A stretch of 64,000 nt of DNA from positions 112,034,001 through 112,098,000 of the forward strand of contig OX597822.1 in assembly GCA_951406725.2 (NCBI GenBank), read 5' to 3'. This DNA is from Octopus vulgaris (taxonomy: Eukaryota). The first letter of the stretch is position 1. Each line of letters starts with the position of its first letter. Below are positions 1 through 11,714 of this stretch, one piece after another. Made by a program: the position numbers and the translations under genes. Below the pieces are notes generated by a model. It saw only the letters and a program-made list of their open reading frames with translations, made no database searches and had not been told where the DNA came from.

Positions 1-385
1 AAAGATAATTATGAGACAAAGGAAAAAATGATCTGAGTTTTAGTTTTATTCCGACCTTCCGACTGAGGTTGTTGTGGTGCACCCGAGCACTGTATACAAT
101 AACTTCATTATCATTATTAAATTTCATCTCCTTTTCCCCCCGGACCAAATCGTATCCCGGTATTTTTATCGAAGGGGGAAATAAATAACGGTACACCGTT
201 AAAAGGTCACATGTGTAAAGCAATTCTTGTTTTCGTTTGGAATCGAAAAAAAGGAAGAATTTTTGTTTCTCTTTTGCGAATCTCTGCCACAAAAGAAAGC
301 AACCAAAAGGAAATATCCTTAACCTTCACGAAAGAACATTTGTTCCGGGTGGATGGATTTGGAGACTGTTGGCAGCTTTCGAAAG

Positions 386-401
386 ATGGAGACAGAGAAA
401 G
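386..401 (+). CDS. WDR24: WDR24 coding exon 1 (METEK + phase-1 G)
   Basis: ATG GAG ACA GAG AAA G|gtgaaa; phase 1 joins the acceptor at 3999 in frame (METEKVREHSAIS...). Short exon inferred from phase and position. Confidence 0.7.
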
Positions 402-600
402 GTGAAACTTGTTTAACCATTTAATCTTTTGCTGTTTGCCAGAATCTCTTCTAAAAGACTTCAGCCAAGCATCGACAGTTTGTCTTTCTCTATTCTTTGG
501 GGGTTTCTATTCCTCACCTAAATCTCTAACGATGCCTGGCTTCAAAGGGGTGTTTCCCTATTTCCATTTTCCTACCTGAAGCTTTCTCTTACCTTATATT

Positions 601-1638
601 ATTTATTTAGGCTTTCCTCTGAGTAAGGAAGAATGTAAAATGATTCAACATCACTTATACTCAAGTGTTATCATCATATCTAAAACCCTAACTGCAGTTA
701 TAACCTCATATATAGACATATACGCATGTATATACCATGTATGTTGAATATTTGAATCGTGTCCTTTAAACCGCTATAATAATAATGAAATTATTGTATA
801 CAGTGCTCAGGTGCACCACAACTTATCAAAAGTGCATATAAAGCATATGCAGTAATGTACAAATGTCTGGAAAGTGAACAGTGTATGAGTCAGGTACATG
901 CTTGTGTGTGTATGGAGGGGAGAAAATCAGGTGTAGTGTTGGCGAATCTCAGGAAGCATGGAAGTTTTGAAGGATGCAGTGCCCCGACAACTAACAACTG
1001 ATGCCGGCAGTTTGTTCCATGCTTCAGCAACATTCAGCGTGAAAAAATGTTTCCAAAACTCATGGGAGCTGCGCTGTTTTCTGACTTTGTAAACATGTCC
1101 ACGGGTGTTGGACAGGTGGAGTTTGAAAAGGTGCTCAGAGTTATTGTTTGTAAGATGGTTGATAATTTTGTGTGTGTCTGCCAAGTCAGCTGTCAGACGT
1201 CGGAGTTTCAATGTGTCCATGCCCAGGGAAGTAAGGCGTTCAGAATATGGCAAATGCCTGATGGAGGGTATTCTCTTGGTTGCACGTCGCTGAATAGCTT
1301 CCAGACAATTAATATCCTGGGCAAGATAGGGGTTCCAGACCGGTGATGCAAATTCCAGGTGAGGTTGCACCATAGCTATATAAAGCCACAGATAGATAGC
1401 CGGAGAGCAGCTCACAAAGAACTTGGTGAGTGATGCCAAGACACCCTCAGCCTTCTTGACAATTTATTTAGGCTTTTCTCTGAGAAAGGAAGAATATAAT
1501 GATTCAACCTCACTTATACTCAAGTGTTATCATTATATCTAAAACCCTAACTGCAGTTATAACGTCATATATAGACATATACGCATGTACATACCATGTA
1601 TGTTGAAGATTTTAATCGTGTCCTTTGAACCGCTGTAA
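601..1638 (+). repeat. ~178-bp direct repeat flanking the CR1 insertion
   Basis: 601-779 and 1462-1638 align end to end with scattered mismatches. Confidence 0.9.
780..1461 (-). mobile_element. CR1-like LINE, 5'-truncated 3' end
   Basis: ORF 927-1439: LYIAMVQPHLEFASPVWNPY...LEAIQRRATKRIP...YSERL...LKLRR, typical CR1-group RT C-terminus; (ATT)n tail. Confidence 0.85.
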
Positions 1639-2001
1639 GAAACATAAATCAAAGGTTACAGAAATGCATATTTATCTATGCTCAGTTGAGAAACAAACGT
1701 GAAGAGAAACATTTTCTTTTTAATTATTTTTTATTATATAAATATAACATTTTATATTTATTTACAAGAAGAAAGATACTTTAGTCGTCAAGAAAAACCA
1801 CTTTAAATTCCTTAGCTAATTTCTTCTTTCTAATACGTTAACCAACAAATCAAAATAGATTTGTGATTAACTTGGACATGGCACAAACATTTACCGATGC
1901 CTCCAAAAGATGAAACAATGGAAAAAAGACGAAAATGATGTTTCTTCGTCATTTTGCCAATTCGCGCCACATTTCAAAATGGCTAAATTGGCTATTGCTA
2001 C

Positions 2002-2070
2002 ATATTATCCATTATAGTAATATTTGTCTGTTGAAATCCGTTTTAAGACGGTCAATAGTTTAATTAAAGA

Positions 2071-2107
<37 letters not shown>

Positions 2108-2710
2108 GTGTAATGTATATATATATATATATACATGTATGTATATATATATATATACATGTATGTATATATATATATATATACATGTATGTATATATAT
2201 ATATATACATACATGTATGTATATATATATATACATACATATGTATATATATACATGTGTAATGTATACACATGTATATATATATATATATATACATGTA
2301 TGTATATATATATACATGTATGTATATATATATATACATGTATGTATATATATATATACATGTATGTATATATATATATACATGTATGTATATATATATA
2401 TACATGTATGTATATATATATACATGTATGTATATATATATATGTATGTATGTATATATATACATGTATGTATGTATATATATATATACATGTATGTATA
2501 TATATACATGTATGTATGTATATATATACATGTATGTATATATATACATGTATGTATATATATACATGCGTAATAATATATATATATATATACATGTGTA
2601 ATGTATACACATATATATATATATATACATGTATAGACACATCTTTAATTAAACTATTGACCGCCTTAAAACGGATTTCAACAGACAAATATTACTATAA
2701 TGGATAATAT
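2002..2710. repeat. ~78-bp inverted repeat flanking a (TA)/TACATGTA microsatellite
   Basis: atattatccattatagtaatatttgtctgttgaaatccg... and its reverse complement ending at 2710; one mismatch seen. Confidence 0.92.
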
Positions 2711-3120
2711 AAGCATATAACTACTTATACACACATACAATAAATATAGACACACACACACACACATTAGTCAGACATAGCCACATATACACACACTGCA
2801 AGAATATATTTATTTATAAAGTTCAAACAGAACATGGAATGAAATGTATTTATTTATAAACTTTAAACTGAACTTCAATTGTTTTATAAACCTAACAGCG
2901 TGGTGGACGACTTTCACTTCTGACAGCTAAAAGCGTGACAGTGCCCGAAATTCGTATACATATTTTTTTTTTTAATACAACATTTGAATTAATGCTTACA
3001 ACATATCAATATATACAATGCATTTATAATTTACATGTTAAACATATGAAATTAGCCTTTCCAATACGGCTTTACAATTATAAGGTTCATATAGAGTTCA
3101 TTTCATTTCACTGGAAAAAA

Positions 3121-3537
3121 ACTTTTTCTAGCAATATAAAAATATTTTGAGCTGTTAAAAGCTTAATATCATAACGAAAAAATTTTTTTTTTTCCTTTGA
3201 GAAAATATTCATACATATAAGGGAGCAGAATTTAGAGGTGGAGGTAAATTGCTAAGCATTATATTGTATTTCTGTTCTTCATTTGTAAGTTTGTTAGCTT
3301 TAAAGCTTGCCTCCTCCAGTTGTGCCAACCAAATTACAGGGTCTCCAGGTCCACCGAGGACAATTCTATACATTCACAGAAGCTTGTCTGTAATTTCTAT
3401 CGAAATATGACATCTCAAATTCTTTTAAATTCTGCTCCCTTTATAGGTATGAATATTTTCTCAAAGAAAAAAAATTTTTTTTTCGTTATGTTATTAAGCT
3501 TTTAACAGCTCAAAATATTTTTATATTGCTAGAAAGT
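3121..3537. repeat. ~110-bp inverted repeat with ~190-bp spacer
   Basis: tttctagcaatataaaaatattttgagctgttaaaagcttaat... versus ...attaagcttttaacagctcaaaatatttttatattgctagaaa. Confidence 0.9.
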
Positions 3538-3619
3538 GCAGCTAAGATTTTCTTTCCTAAAGTTTCTTCTTCAGCGTTCTTCTTGTTTCAACTTTTAAAT
3601 ATTTGTTAATAATTCAACT

Positions 3620-3940
3620 ATCAAGTTACAGATAAAGAATTTTCTTAGTATAAAAATTCCAATTCAACTTCTTTAAAATTTAAAATGTTGCCGATCCATT
3701 CGTGTAATTCACATATTTGGTGTGATATTTCTACAGGTTTTTCGAGACCATTTATGCCTGAAAAGCATAGAAAAAATGTTTTTTCTAGCTTACATAATTT
3801 GTCTCATCCAGGTATAGAAGCTTCATTAAAGTTGATATCAAGTCGTTTTGTTTGGCCTGGTATGAATAAAGATATTCGTTCATGGGTCAAGTCATGTATG
3901 CAGTGTCAAAAGTCAAAAGTACAGCGTCTTACAAAATGTT
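3620..3940 (+). mobile_element. Ty3/gypsy pol relic (integrase zinc-binding H2C2 region)
   Basis: CDISTGFSRPFMP...LHNLSHPGIEASLKLISSRFVWPGMNKDIRSWVKSCMQCQKSK: H-x3-H...C-x2-C motif. Confidence 0.85.
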
Positions 3941-3998
3941 ATTCAAAGAAACAAATCTAATGTTAATGGAATGTGTAATTTTAATCTTTTTATTTCAG

Positions 3999-4103
3999 TG
4001 AGAGAGCATTCTGCCATATCCATCCAACATTGTGTTCAAGAACAAATTAATGCCATAGCTCTTAATAAAGATGCTAATCAGGTTGTTATTGCAGGACGTC
4101 AAG
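3999..4103 (+). CDS. WDR24: WDR24 exon 2
   Basis: tttcag|TG...CAA G|gtagg; VREHSAISIQHCVQEQINAIALNKDANQVVIAGRQ resembles human WDR24 NAISVCRDAAQVVVAGR (recalled). Confidence 0.93.
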
Positions 4104-4214
4104 GTAGGAAAAATTCTTTCATTTCTATTTGGAGGATTATATTCTCATTGTATTACAAATATTTCACATGTTTTTCAATTAAGCTCACACTTCAGCTTTT
4201 GTACAGTGGAATAG

Positions 4215-4685
4215 CGTGATCGTTACCAGCATCGCCTTACTGGCACCTGCGCCGGTGGCATGTGTAAAAGATTTGAGCGAGGTCGTTGCCAGTACCGCCT
4301 GACAGGCCCCTGTGCCAGTGACAAGTAAAAGCACCCACTACACTCTCAGAGTGGTTGGCATTAGGAAGGGCATCCAGCTGTAGAAACTCTGCCAGATCAA
4401 GATTGGAGCCTGGTGCAGCCATCTGGTTCGCCGGTCCTCAGTCATTTGTCCAACCCATGCTAACATGGAAAGCGGACGTTAAACGATGATGATGATGAAT
4501 ACTCATCATCATTTAGCGTCCGCTTTCGATGCTAGCATGGGTTGGACGGTTCAACTGGGGTCTGTGAAGCTGGAAGGCTTCGTCAGGTCCAGTCAGATCT
4601 GGCAGTGTTTCTATGGCTGGATGCCCTTCCTAACACCAACCACTCCGTGAGTGTAGTGGGTGCTTTTTACGTGCCACCTGCACAG
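4215..4685. mobile_element. Two tail-to-tail RTE 3' UTR fragments
   Basis: 4215-4498 (+) and 4504-4685 (-) share ttaggaagggcatccagc...aacccatgctagcatggaaagcggacgttaaa(gat)n. Further solo UTR copies at about 11998-12340, 13100-13490, 16261-16715, 17850-18030, 20411-20925, 23285-23630, 32506-32995, 33900-34185, 56511-56950 and 60100-60285. Confidence 0.85.
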
Positions 4686-5119
4686 TATTAAATAAGAATT
4701 GGTTTGTTGGTTATAGGTAAAGGCATGTCTATATAGTTAAGAATTTCATTTCCCACACATGGCTTAATCCCACAGTACAGCATCTTGGGCAAGTATCTTC
4801 TGTAATTTTGGGCTGATCAAAGCCTTGAGAGTGGATTTCATAGATGAAAACTGAAAGAAATCTGTCCTGATTGATCAGTCATCACTATTATCCTTTTAGC
4901 ATCTGCTTGTTCGTGCTTACATGGGTCAGATAGAATGTGTTGGGGCAGATTTTTTACAACTAGATGTCCTTCCAATCACCAACCCATACCTGTTTCAAAA
5001 TAAGTTAATATTTTCCAATGGTTGGGCATGTTTTCATGGAATCTTGTAAATGGAGGACAGCACTTGTATGACAGTGACACTCATTTCACAACTGTTACAC
5101 AATGGGAAGACAAGGACAG

Positions 5120-5151
<32 letters not shown>

Positions 5152-5289
5152 GACAAGCTTCTTTCAGATTTTGTCTACTGTCCACCTGCACAGCTTTGGT
5201 TGATCCTGAAGAAGACATTTGCCCAAAGTACTATACAATAGACTGAACTTAAAATCACGGAGTTTGTAAACAAATTTCTTAACCACACT

Positions 5290-6520
5290 GAAGATAGCTT
5301 TTGTGTGCCGCAGATGCACAGGGGCAATAAACACTAGAGATGTTCAGAAAATGGATTCCATCACATGCCAGGGGGAGAAACTAGAAGTAGTTGATAGCTT
5401 CTGCTACCTTGGTGACCAAGTCTGTAGTGGGGGTGGATGCTCAGAGAGCATTGCCATGAGAATAGCCTGGGCAAAGTTCAGAAAGCTCCTACCTCTACTG
5501 GTGACAAAGGGTCTCTCGCTCAGAGTGAAAGGTAGATTGTACGATGCATGAGTGCAAACTGCCATGCTTCATGGCAGTGAAACATGGGCTGTGACTGCAG
5601 AGGATATGCATAGGCTCGAAAGAAATGAAGCTAGCATGATCTGCTGGATGTGTAATGTCAGTGTGCACACACAGCAGTGTAAGCACTCTGAGAGAAATGT
5701 TGGACATAAGAAGCATCAGATGTGGCATGCAAGAGAGATAACTGCGCTGGTATGGTCATGTGTTGCATATGGATGAGGAGAGCTGTGTGAAGAAGTGGAA
5801 GGAACCTGTGGAAGAGGGGGACCCAGGAAGACATGGGTTGAGGTGGTGAAGCATGACTTTCGAACGTTGGGCCTCACCGAGGCAATGACGAAAGACCGAG
5901 ACCTCTGGAGATATGCTGTGATTGAGAAGACCCGGTAAGTAAAGTGAGATCACAGCCGTAGTCTATACCAGTGTTGCATAACCAGCCCATTTAAAAACTA
6001 CCTTTGAATTGTCGGGTGGCACGATGTGCTTGAGGAGACCTACTGACTCTAGTAAAATCAAAATCAAAAATCAAATCACAATCAAATGAAAATTGTAGTT
6101 GTGGCCGATGCCAGTGCTGCCTGACTGGCTCCCATACTAGTGGAAAGCAATAAGCACCATTCATGCGTTGGTTGTTGCCAGTGCCACCTGATTGGTTCCC
6201 TGTGCCGGTGACATGTAAAAAGCACCATCCAAACGTGGTTGATGTCCTCCACCACCCCAACTGGCTCCTGTGCCGGTAGCACATAAAAAGCATCATCCAA
6301 ACATGACCGATGCCAGTGCCACCTGACTGGCTCCTGTGCCAGTGGCACATAAAAAGCACCCACTACCCTCTTGGCATGGTTGGCGTTAGGAAGGGCGTCC
6401 AGCTGTAGAAACATTGCCAGATCAGATTGAAGCCTGGTGAGGCCTTCTGGCTTGCTAGTCCCCAGTCAAACAATCCAACCCATGCCAACATAGAAAACAG
6501 ACGTTAAACGATGATGATGA
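5290..6520 (+). mobile_element. RTE-clade LINE, 5'-truncated and frameshifted, with 3' UTR and (GAT)n tail
   Basis: LEVVDSFCYLG...KGRLYDA...MLHGSETWA; same family as 25196-27035. Confidence 0.88.
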
Positions 6521-6647
6521 CTGACTTGATTAAGAAAATCTTTTATTGAAAACTTTCACTTCATAAAGAAGTTAATTTACTTATAGTTTCTGTCTTTTAA
6601 TGTCTATTCATTTTATTTTGTAATTTTTTGTTTTCTTTAAATTGAAG

Positions 6648-6764
6648 TATTCAAAATATTTTCAATTGGAGAAGAGAATTTTGAAGAAAAGGCCAACTTT
6701 CGAGTTGGTAAGAACATCACCTTAAACTACAGTGCTGCAGACGTTACCTGGAATCATAATGAAG
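6648..6764 (+). CDS. WDR24: WDR24 exon 3 (GC donor)
   Basis: aag|TA TTC AAA...; VFKIFSIGEENFEEKANFRVGKNITLNYSAADVTWNHNE; ends GAAG|gcaagt. Confidence 0.9.
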
Positions 6765-7149
6765 GCAAGTATTTTGCAACTGTTTTGCTCAGAAACTTCA
6801 AATATTGCTAAAACACAATCAGTCAGTGACAACTAATATTGATTACTGTAAAAACTCATGTAATTTACGTACATTTTTCGCAAAAATAAAAATAAACTTT
6901 AGGGGATGCATAATTTACACGAGTGGATTGTTTCCAGAATTTTTTTAGAATTTTAAAATTTTTGTTGACAAAAGACGTACAAAATGTAAACATTTGTACC
7001 GGAAGTTGATTCATTTAATGGGCTTAAATATAAGGAAGTTGACTGCTATTTATGTTGGACGATATAATGCATGCTTTTTTTGTATAAATTTACTAAAACC
7101 ATTAAATGGTTAACTACTTTTTGAAGTCTGACATATATGCTGGTAATCA

Positions 7150-8420
7150 CGGTCTGGGCCATATTTTACATATTTTACTTGGTTGAGTAAAGTGTCATCC
7201 AAGCTGGTGTTTATTGGCAATTAAACTTAATTTGCAACCCCTGTGTGTACTTATCAGCTTTGATTTTTGTTGATAATTCTTAACAACTTTTCCTGTGTAC
7301 GCACGTCTGTGAGTATATGTGAGAGAGAAAGGGAAGCACACATGGATATATGCATATATATGTAAATATGAAAATGGAACAAAAACGCAATAGAAAGCAT
7401 TAAAACATTTGGACAGATAGGTGATACAAAAGTGGGCAAGAGAAACTACAATTAGGACAGGTAAAAAGAAATGGGTCATTCTCGGCTTTCTTTCATCAGT
7501 CAAGTCCCAGAAGTCGACCATTTCGGGCAGTTACACATGAGATGGTTCGATCTGGTTGCCCCCCCCTCCCAAAGTCTAAGCTAAGAGCATTACACTTCTT
7601 TGTAAGAAAGCTAGTGAATGTATATGGCAACAAAAACAAAAAAAAAAACCGAAGAACTTGGTACACAATTACGAATACAAACAACAAGAAATATAGACAC
7701 GTGTATGTGTGTGTATATATAATGTTAAAAAATGTAAAAAGGCAAACAATGCAAATAGATTTTAAAAAGTAAGTTACCTGGTAATCTTTGGTCTTATATG
7801 TATCCAATATTTCGGGACATCAAGCCCTTTCTTCAGGGTTAAAAAGGAACTGTCCATGGTTAGATGTTTTTTGTCAGAGATAAAATAATTCAATGATTAT
7901 ATTTGAATTTTCAAGCGTTTCTCTTCTTCATGAATGTTAGTGACGTCAATTATTAACTTATCGCTCCATAAATCAATTTTCATCCCCTCTTTTCTAATGT
8001 GTAACAAATGTTCCTCTGTGTATGTCATGTTATGTATTGCATGCCTAGCTCCAATCTATTATTTATTTGTGGGTTTAATTTATAGATAATCAAAGCTTCC
8101 TTAATTCTTAAGCTGCCAAGATTTCTATCATTGGCTTCAATAGTAACTTTAATTTGTTTGTTGGTATTTTTACATTTATCAATGTGTTTTTTGAATGAGG
8201 ATGCGCGTGTGCTGAGAGTATGCAAAGTTTGAGTTGTGCTGCCTATATAAAACGCCTTACATTTGTTGCATTCTATTCAATATACTACATTTGTGCGCTG
8301 GCACATAACTATTGTGAATAGGACAGTTAATGAGCTTTGATTGTAATATACCAAATAGAATGCAACAAATGTATGGCGTTTTATATAGGCAGCAGCACAA
8401 CACGAACTTTGCACACTCGT
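7150..8420 (-). mobile_element. Penelope-like element relic (GIY-YIG end, hammerhead-like motif, inverted 5' piece)
   Basis: Minus ORF ...LRIKEALIIYKLNPQINNRLEL preceded by ECNKC..FYIGSTT; inverted plus copy IYQIECNKCMAFYIGSSTTRTLHTR (8345-8420); CTGAAGA...GAAA motif at 7801-7840. Left boundary approximate. Confidence 0.75.
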
Positions 8421-9253
8421 TTATCATTGTTCTGGATTTACAAGTGCAGAGTTGTAGCATTCTTTATTTTCTTATATCTCTTAGAGTTATTTCTCTTGAA
8501 CAGTTTAATTCTTACATTTATACACAGCCTTTGAATTGAAATGGTTTGATTATTTGATCAACATCCAAATACCTTCACCATTCCTTCTTGAAATTTAGTC
8601 TTGAAGGCCTTCTCCATTATTACAAATTCAAGCAAAGCAATGGGTTGGCAGAATTGTCAGCATCCTGGGGAAAATTCTTAGCTGCATTTCGTTCATCCTT
8701 ACATTCGGACTTTAAATGTCACCCGAGGTCAACTATGCTTTTTGTTCCTCTTGAGGTTGATAAAATAAGCGCCAGTTGAACGCTGGCGTTGATATAATTG
8801 ACTTACTCCCCTCCTCTGAGCTTGCTCACCTTGTACCAAAATTTGAAACCATTATTACAGATTTCAGCAGTATGTTGTATTCAAAGAACACCAATGTTTC
8901 TTGGATTCAGATTTTTGTTTGATTTCTTCTCTTTGTGGATGTTCAAATTGAAATTTCATTGAAAATATTGAATTAGACCTCAAATAATTCTTCATATGTT
9001 TACGGCTTTCCTCAGTGTAACACATAGCAAATCATAGCTCCCCTACACCAATAAACCAGTTCTGTTCTGGCCCTTTGTTTTTTACTTTAACCTCTAAAAA
9101 CAAAGTGTTTCAAATATTTTTACAAAATGAAACAAATTCAGTTGAAATCCTACGACTATAAAGGAATTAAAACAGCTGCAATTTTTGATTGTGTATGCTT
9201 GTAATTAATAGAAACTAACAGAAAATAGTTGAACTGTATAAGAATATTCTTAA

Positions 9254-9475
9254 GGCGGCGAGCTGGCAGAAACGTTAGCACGCCGAGTGAAATGCGTAGC
9301 CGTATTTCATCTGCTGTTACATTCTGAGTTCAAATTCCGCTGAGGTCGACTTTGCCTTTCATCCTCTCAGGGTCTATTAAATAAGTACCAGTTGCACACT
9401 GGGGTCGATTTAATCGTTTGTCTGTCCTTGTTTATCCCCTCTGTGTTTAGCCCCTTGTGGGTAGTAAAGAAATAA
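9254..9475 (+). mobile_element. tRNA-derived SINE with Meta-like central domain
   Basis: A box agctggcagaa, B box gagttcaaattcc, core ggtcgactttgcctttcatcc...aaataagtacc; other copies at about 8640, 19077, 42240, 43160, 55990 and 58285. Confidence 0.75.
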
Positions 9476-9545
9476 ATATTAGGTTTTTCCCAGTCTATGT
9501 TGCTTGGTAAATACAAGAATTGATCGATATATTCTCTTTTCTCAG

Positions 9546-9623
9546 AAAACAAGATAGCTTCCGCGGCAACCAATAGTTCTGTTGTAGTTTGGGATTTACA
9601 GAAATCCTCCCGTTCTAAGCTCT
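9546..9623 (+). CDS. WDR24: WDR24 exon 4
   Basis: ctcag|AA AAC...CTC T|gtaagt; ENKIASAATNSSVVVWDLQKSSRSKL. Confidence 0.93.
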
Positions 9624-10741
9624 GTAAGTGTTGACTTTTTCCTTATTTTCTTATCTTACTTTCTTACAAAAGTTAATAATCTCAAGACTAAAGCATCACT
9701 AAAAATATTTCATGCGGTAAAAATCAGTTGGAAACAACATCAATCAGATTTTTATCTCTTTATATACTTTATTGTCTTCTCCATGTCACTTTAACTTAAC
9801 TGCTACAGTATATCTTTTTTTATTTATGCACCCTTTTCAAGCCTAGCCAGGCTCATGGGCCCAGTTTCTATGGTGTATGTGTTCCCCCCAGCTGGACGGG
9901 ACGCCAGTCCATCGCAGCGTTACTCATGAAACAGGAAGAAAGAGTGAGAGAAAGTTGGGGCAAAAGAGTACAACAGGGGTCGCCACTACCCCCTGCCGGA
10001 GCCTCGTAGAACTTTAGGTGTTTTCGCTCAATAAACACACACAACGCCCGGTCTGGGAATCGAAACTGCGATCCTCCGACCCCAAGTCCGCTGCCCTAAC
10101 CACTGGGCCATTGCGCCTCCACAGTATTTACTGTTTAAAATTCACGTTGTTGAAACTACAGACTTAAAGTATTTCAAAATATATTTAGAACATACGAGAG
10201 TGGGATTGACAGAAAATGAGTGTTTAGTGGAAGGAAAATGTACTTTGTACCAAACACTGTCTTCATACTGAAACAGACATCATAAAACCAAATAGATTTT
10301 ATTTGACAACTAAAACAATGGAGATACTTATGAAGGAGAATTCGGATAACTTAATGACGACACCATTATAGAAGAGAGAGCGAAAATGGAAGAAACCAAA
10401 CTTCTTAGAATGTTTATTAAAACTACATTGTATTCACCACAATTGATTGAATTTTCTTATCTGCTACTCTTGTTTCTCTCTCTTCCTTACAGCTGTTTCT
10501 CACCTGGTTGACTCTTTTAATGCCAACCTGTCTTAGACCTGTTCCTGTGATATAAAATGTTAAAGTGATCTAAATCAAAACCTTCCATCAGCATTTCTTG
10601 TTAATTTCTGTTCCAAACACCAGCCTAATATGGCCAAGTTGTTTCACTAAATTGTTCATTGTTTTTAAAATGGATTAAAACAAAGGTAGCGTGTTTCAAA
10701 AGAAATTTGGTAAAAAAAGGGTTAATTTTATAATTAATTAA

Positions 10742-11134
10742 TCTATATATATAAAGCTGAAGTTGTCTGTGTATGGCAGGTTTGGTAGCCTTCAACTAAC
10801 ACTATCTCCCCCGAGAACTTGCGGCGCAAGTTGACCAAAATTGAGAGTATGATAGAAGAAGGCTTGCTCCTTCCTCCCGTAGAAGAAAAAATTCAAATCG
10901 GACCATGTTAACACCAAAAATTATTTACATCACAAAGGTGCTTTTTTTCTATGAAAATCCCGATTTTTTTGCGATTTTTTTTACTGCTGTGTCGCCATTT
11001 TTCGGTGTATTTCAACCAGAAAAATGTTCACTTGAAGAGAATAACAAGCTACATAATGCAAGATTTTTACTTTTCAAAAATTCCAATTCTAAAGGGTCGA
11101 AACAAACCCGGGCAATGCCGGGCGATACTGCTAG
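10742..11134 (+). mobile_element. Non-autonomous Helitron
   Basis: a|TCTATATATATAAA start; subterminal hairpin cccgggcaatgccggg; CTAG|t end; A/T target without TSD. Confidence 0.85.
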
Positions 11135-11236
11135 TAACAAATAAATTTCTATATATTCTTTTAATAAAATACATAAATATTTTCAAAAGAGTTTTATGTT
11201 GTATACATTCACCACGATTAATCGTTCTCCTTACAG

Positions 11237-11343
11237 ATCATGTTTATATGTCACACAAGAGAACTGTTCACAGAGTTACTTTTCATAACAAAGAACCTTC
11301 CCTTCTCCTCAGTGGTTCTCAAGATGGAGATATGAAAATATTC
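11237..11343 (+). CDS. WDR24: WDR24 exon 5
   Basis: ttacag|AT...TTC|gtaagg; YHVYMSHKRTVHRVTFHNKEPSLLLSGSQDGDMKIF (WD40). Confidence 0.95.
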
Positions 11344-11588
11344 GTAAGGCCATTACCGCTTCTTCACCTGTTTATCCAAATCATTTCACACACCATTGAA
11401 AATGCATGTAATACGATAATTGATTATAAAATTACATCCATGTAAATTCAATGATTTTCTATAATTATTTTAGAGGCCTTCTGCATGCAATAATCATTTC
11501 AGAACCTTTTTCCTTCATTCAACTGAATTTCATCTCTGATTATATATTTCTGCTTTATCTCTATCAAGGATTTTTATTATCTTTATAG

Positions 11589-11714
11589 GACATCAGACGG
11601 AAAGATGTGAGCACAACATTTTCAGCCAAAGAAAGTGTTCGTGATGTTCAGTTTTGTCCACAGAGTTCGGGATATTTCCGCTTTGCTGCCGGATTGGAAA
11701 ATGGCATTGTTCAG
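11589..11714 (+). CDS. WDR24: WDR24 exon 6
   Basis: tatag|GAC...CAG|gtcatt; DIRRKDVSTTFSAKESVRDVQFCPQSSGYFRFAAGLENGIVQ. Confidence 0.95.

Noticed and set aside
211-405. 64-aa ORF at the window start
   Set aside because: Overlaps the WDR24 5' region in a different frame from the ATG at 386 and has no recognisable homology.
2005-2707. Long Y/I/H/T-rich ORFs in several frames
   Set aside because: Translations of stop-free TA/CA microsatellite; the same applies to 18429-18934 and 49321-49912.
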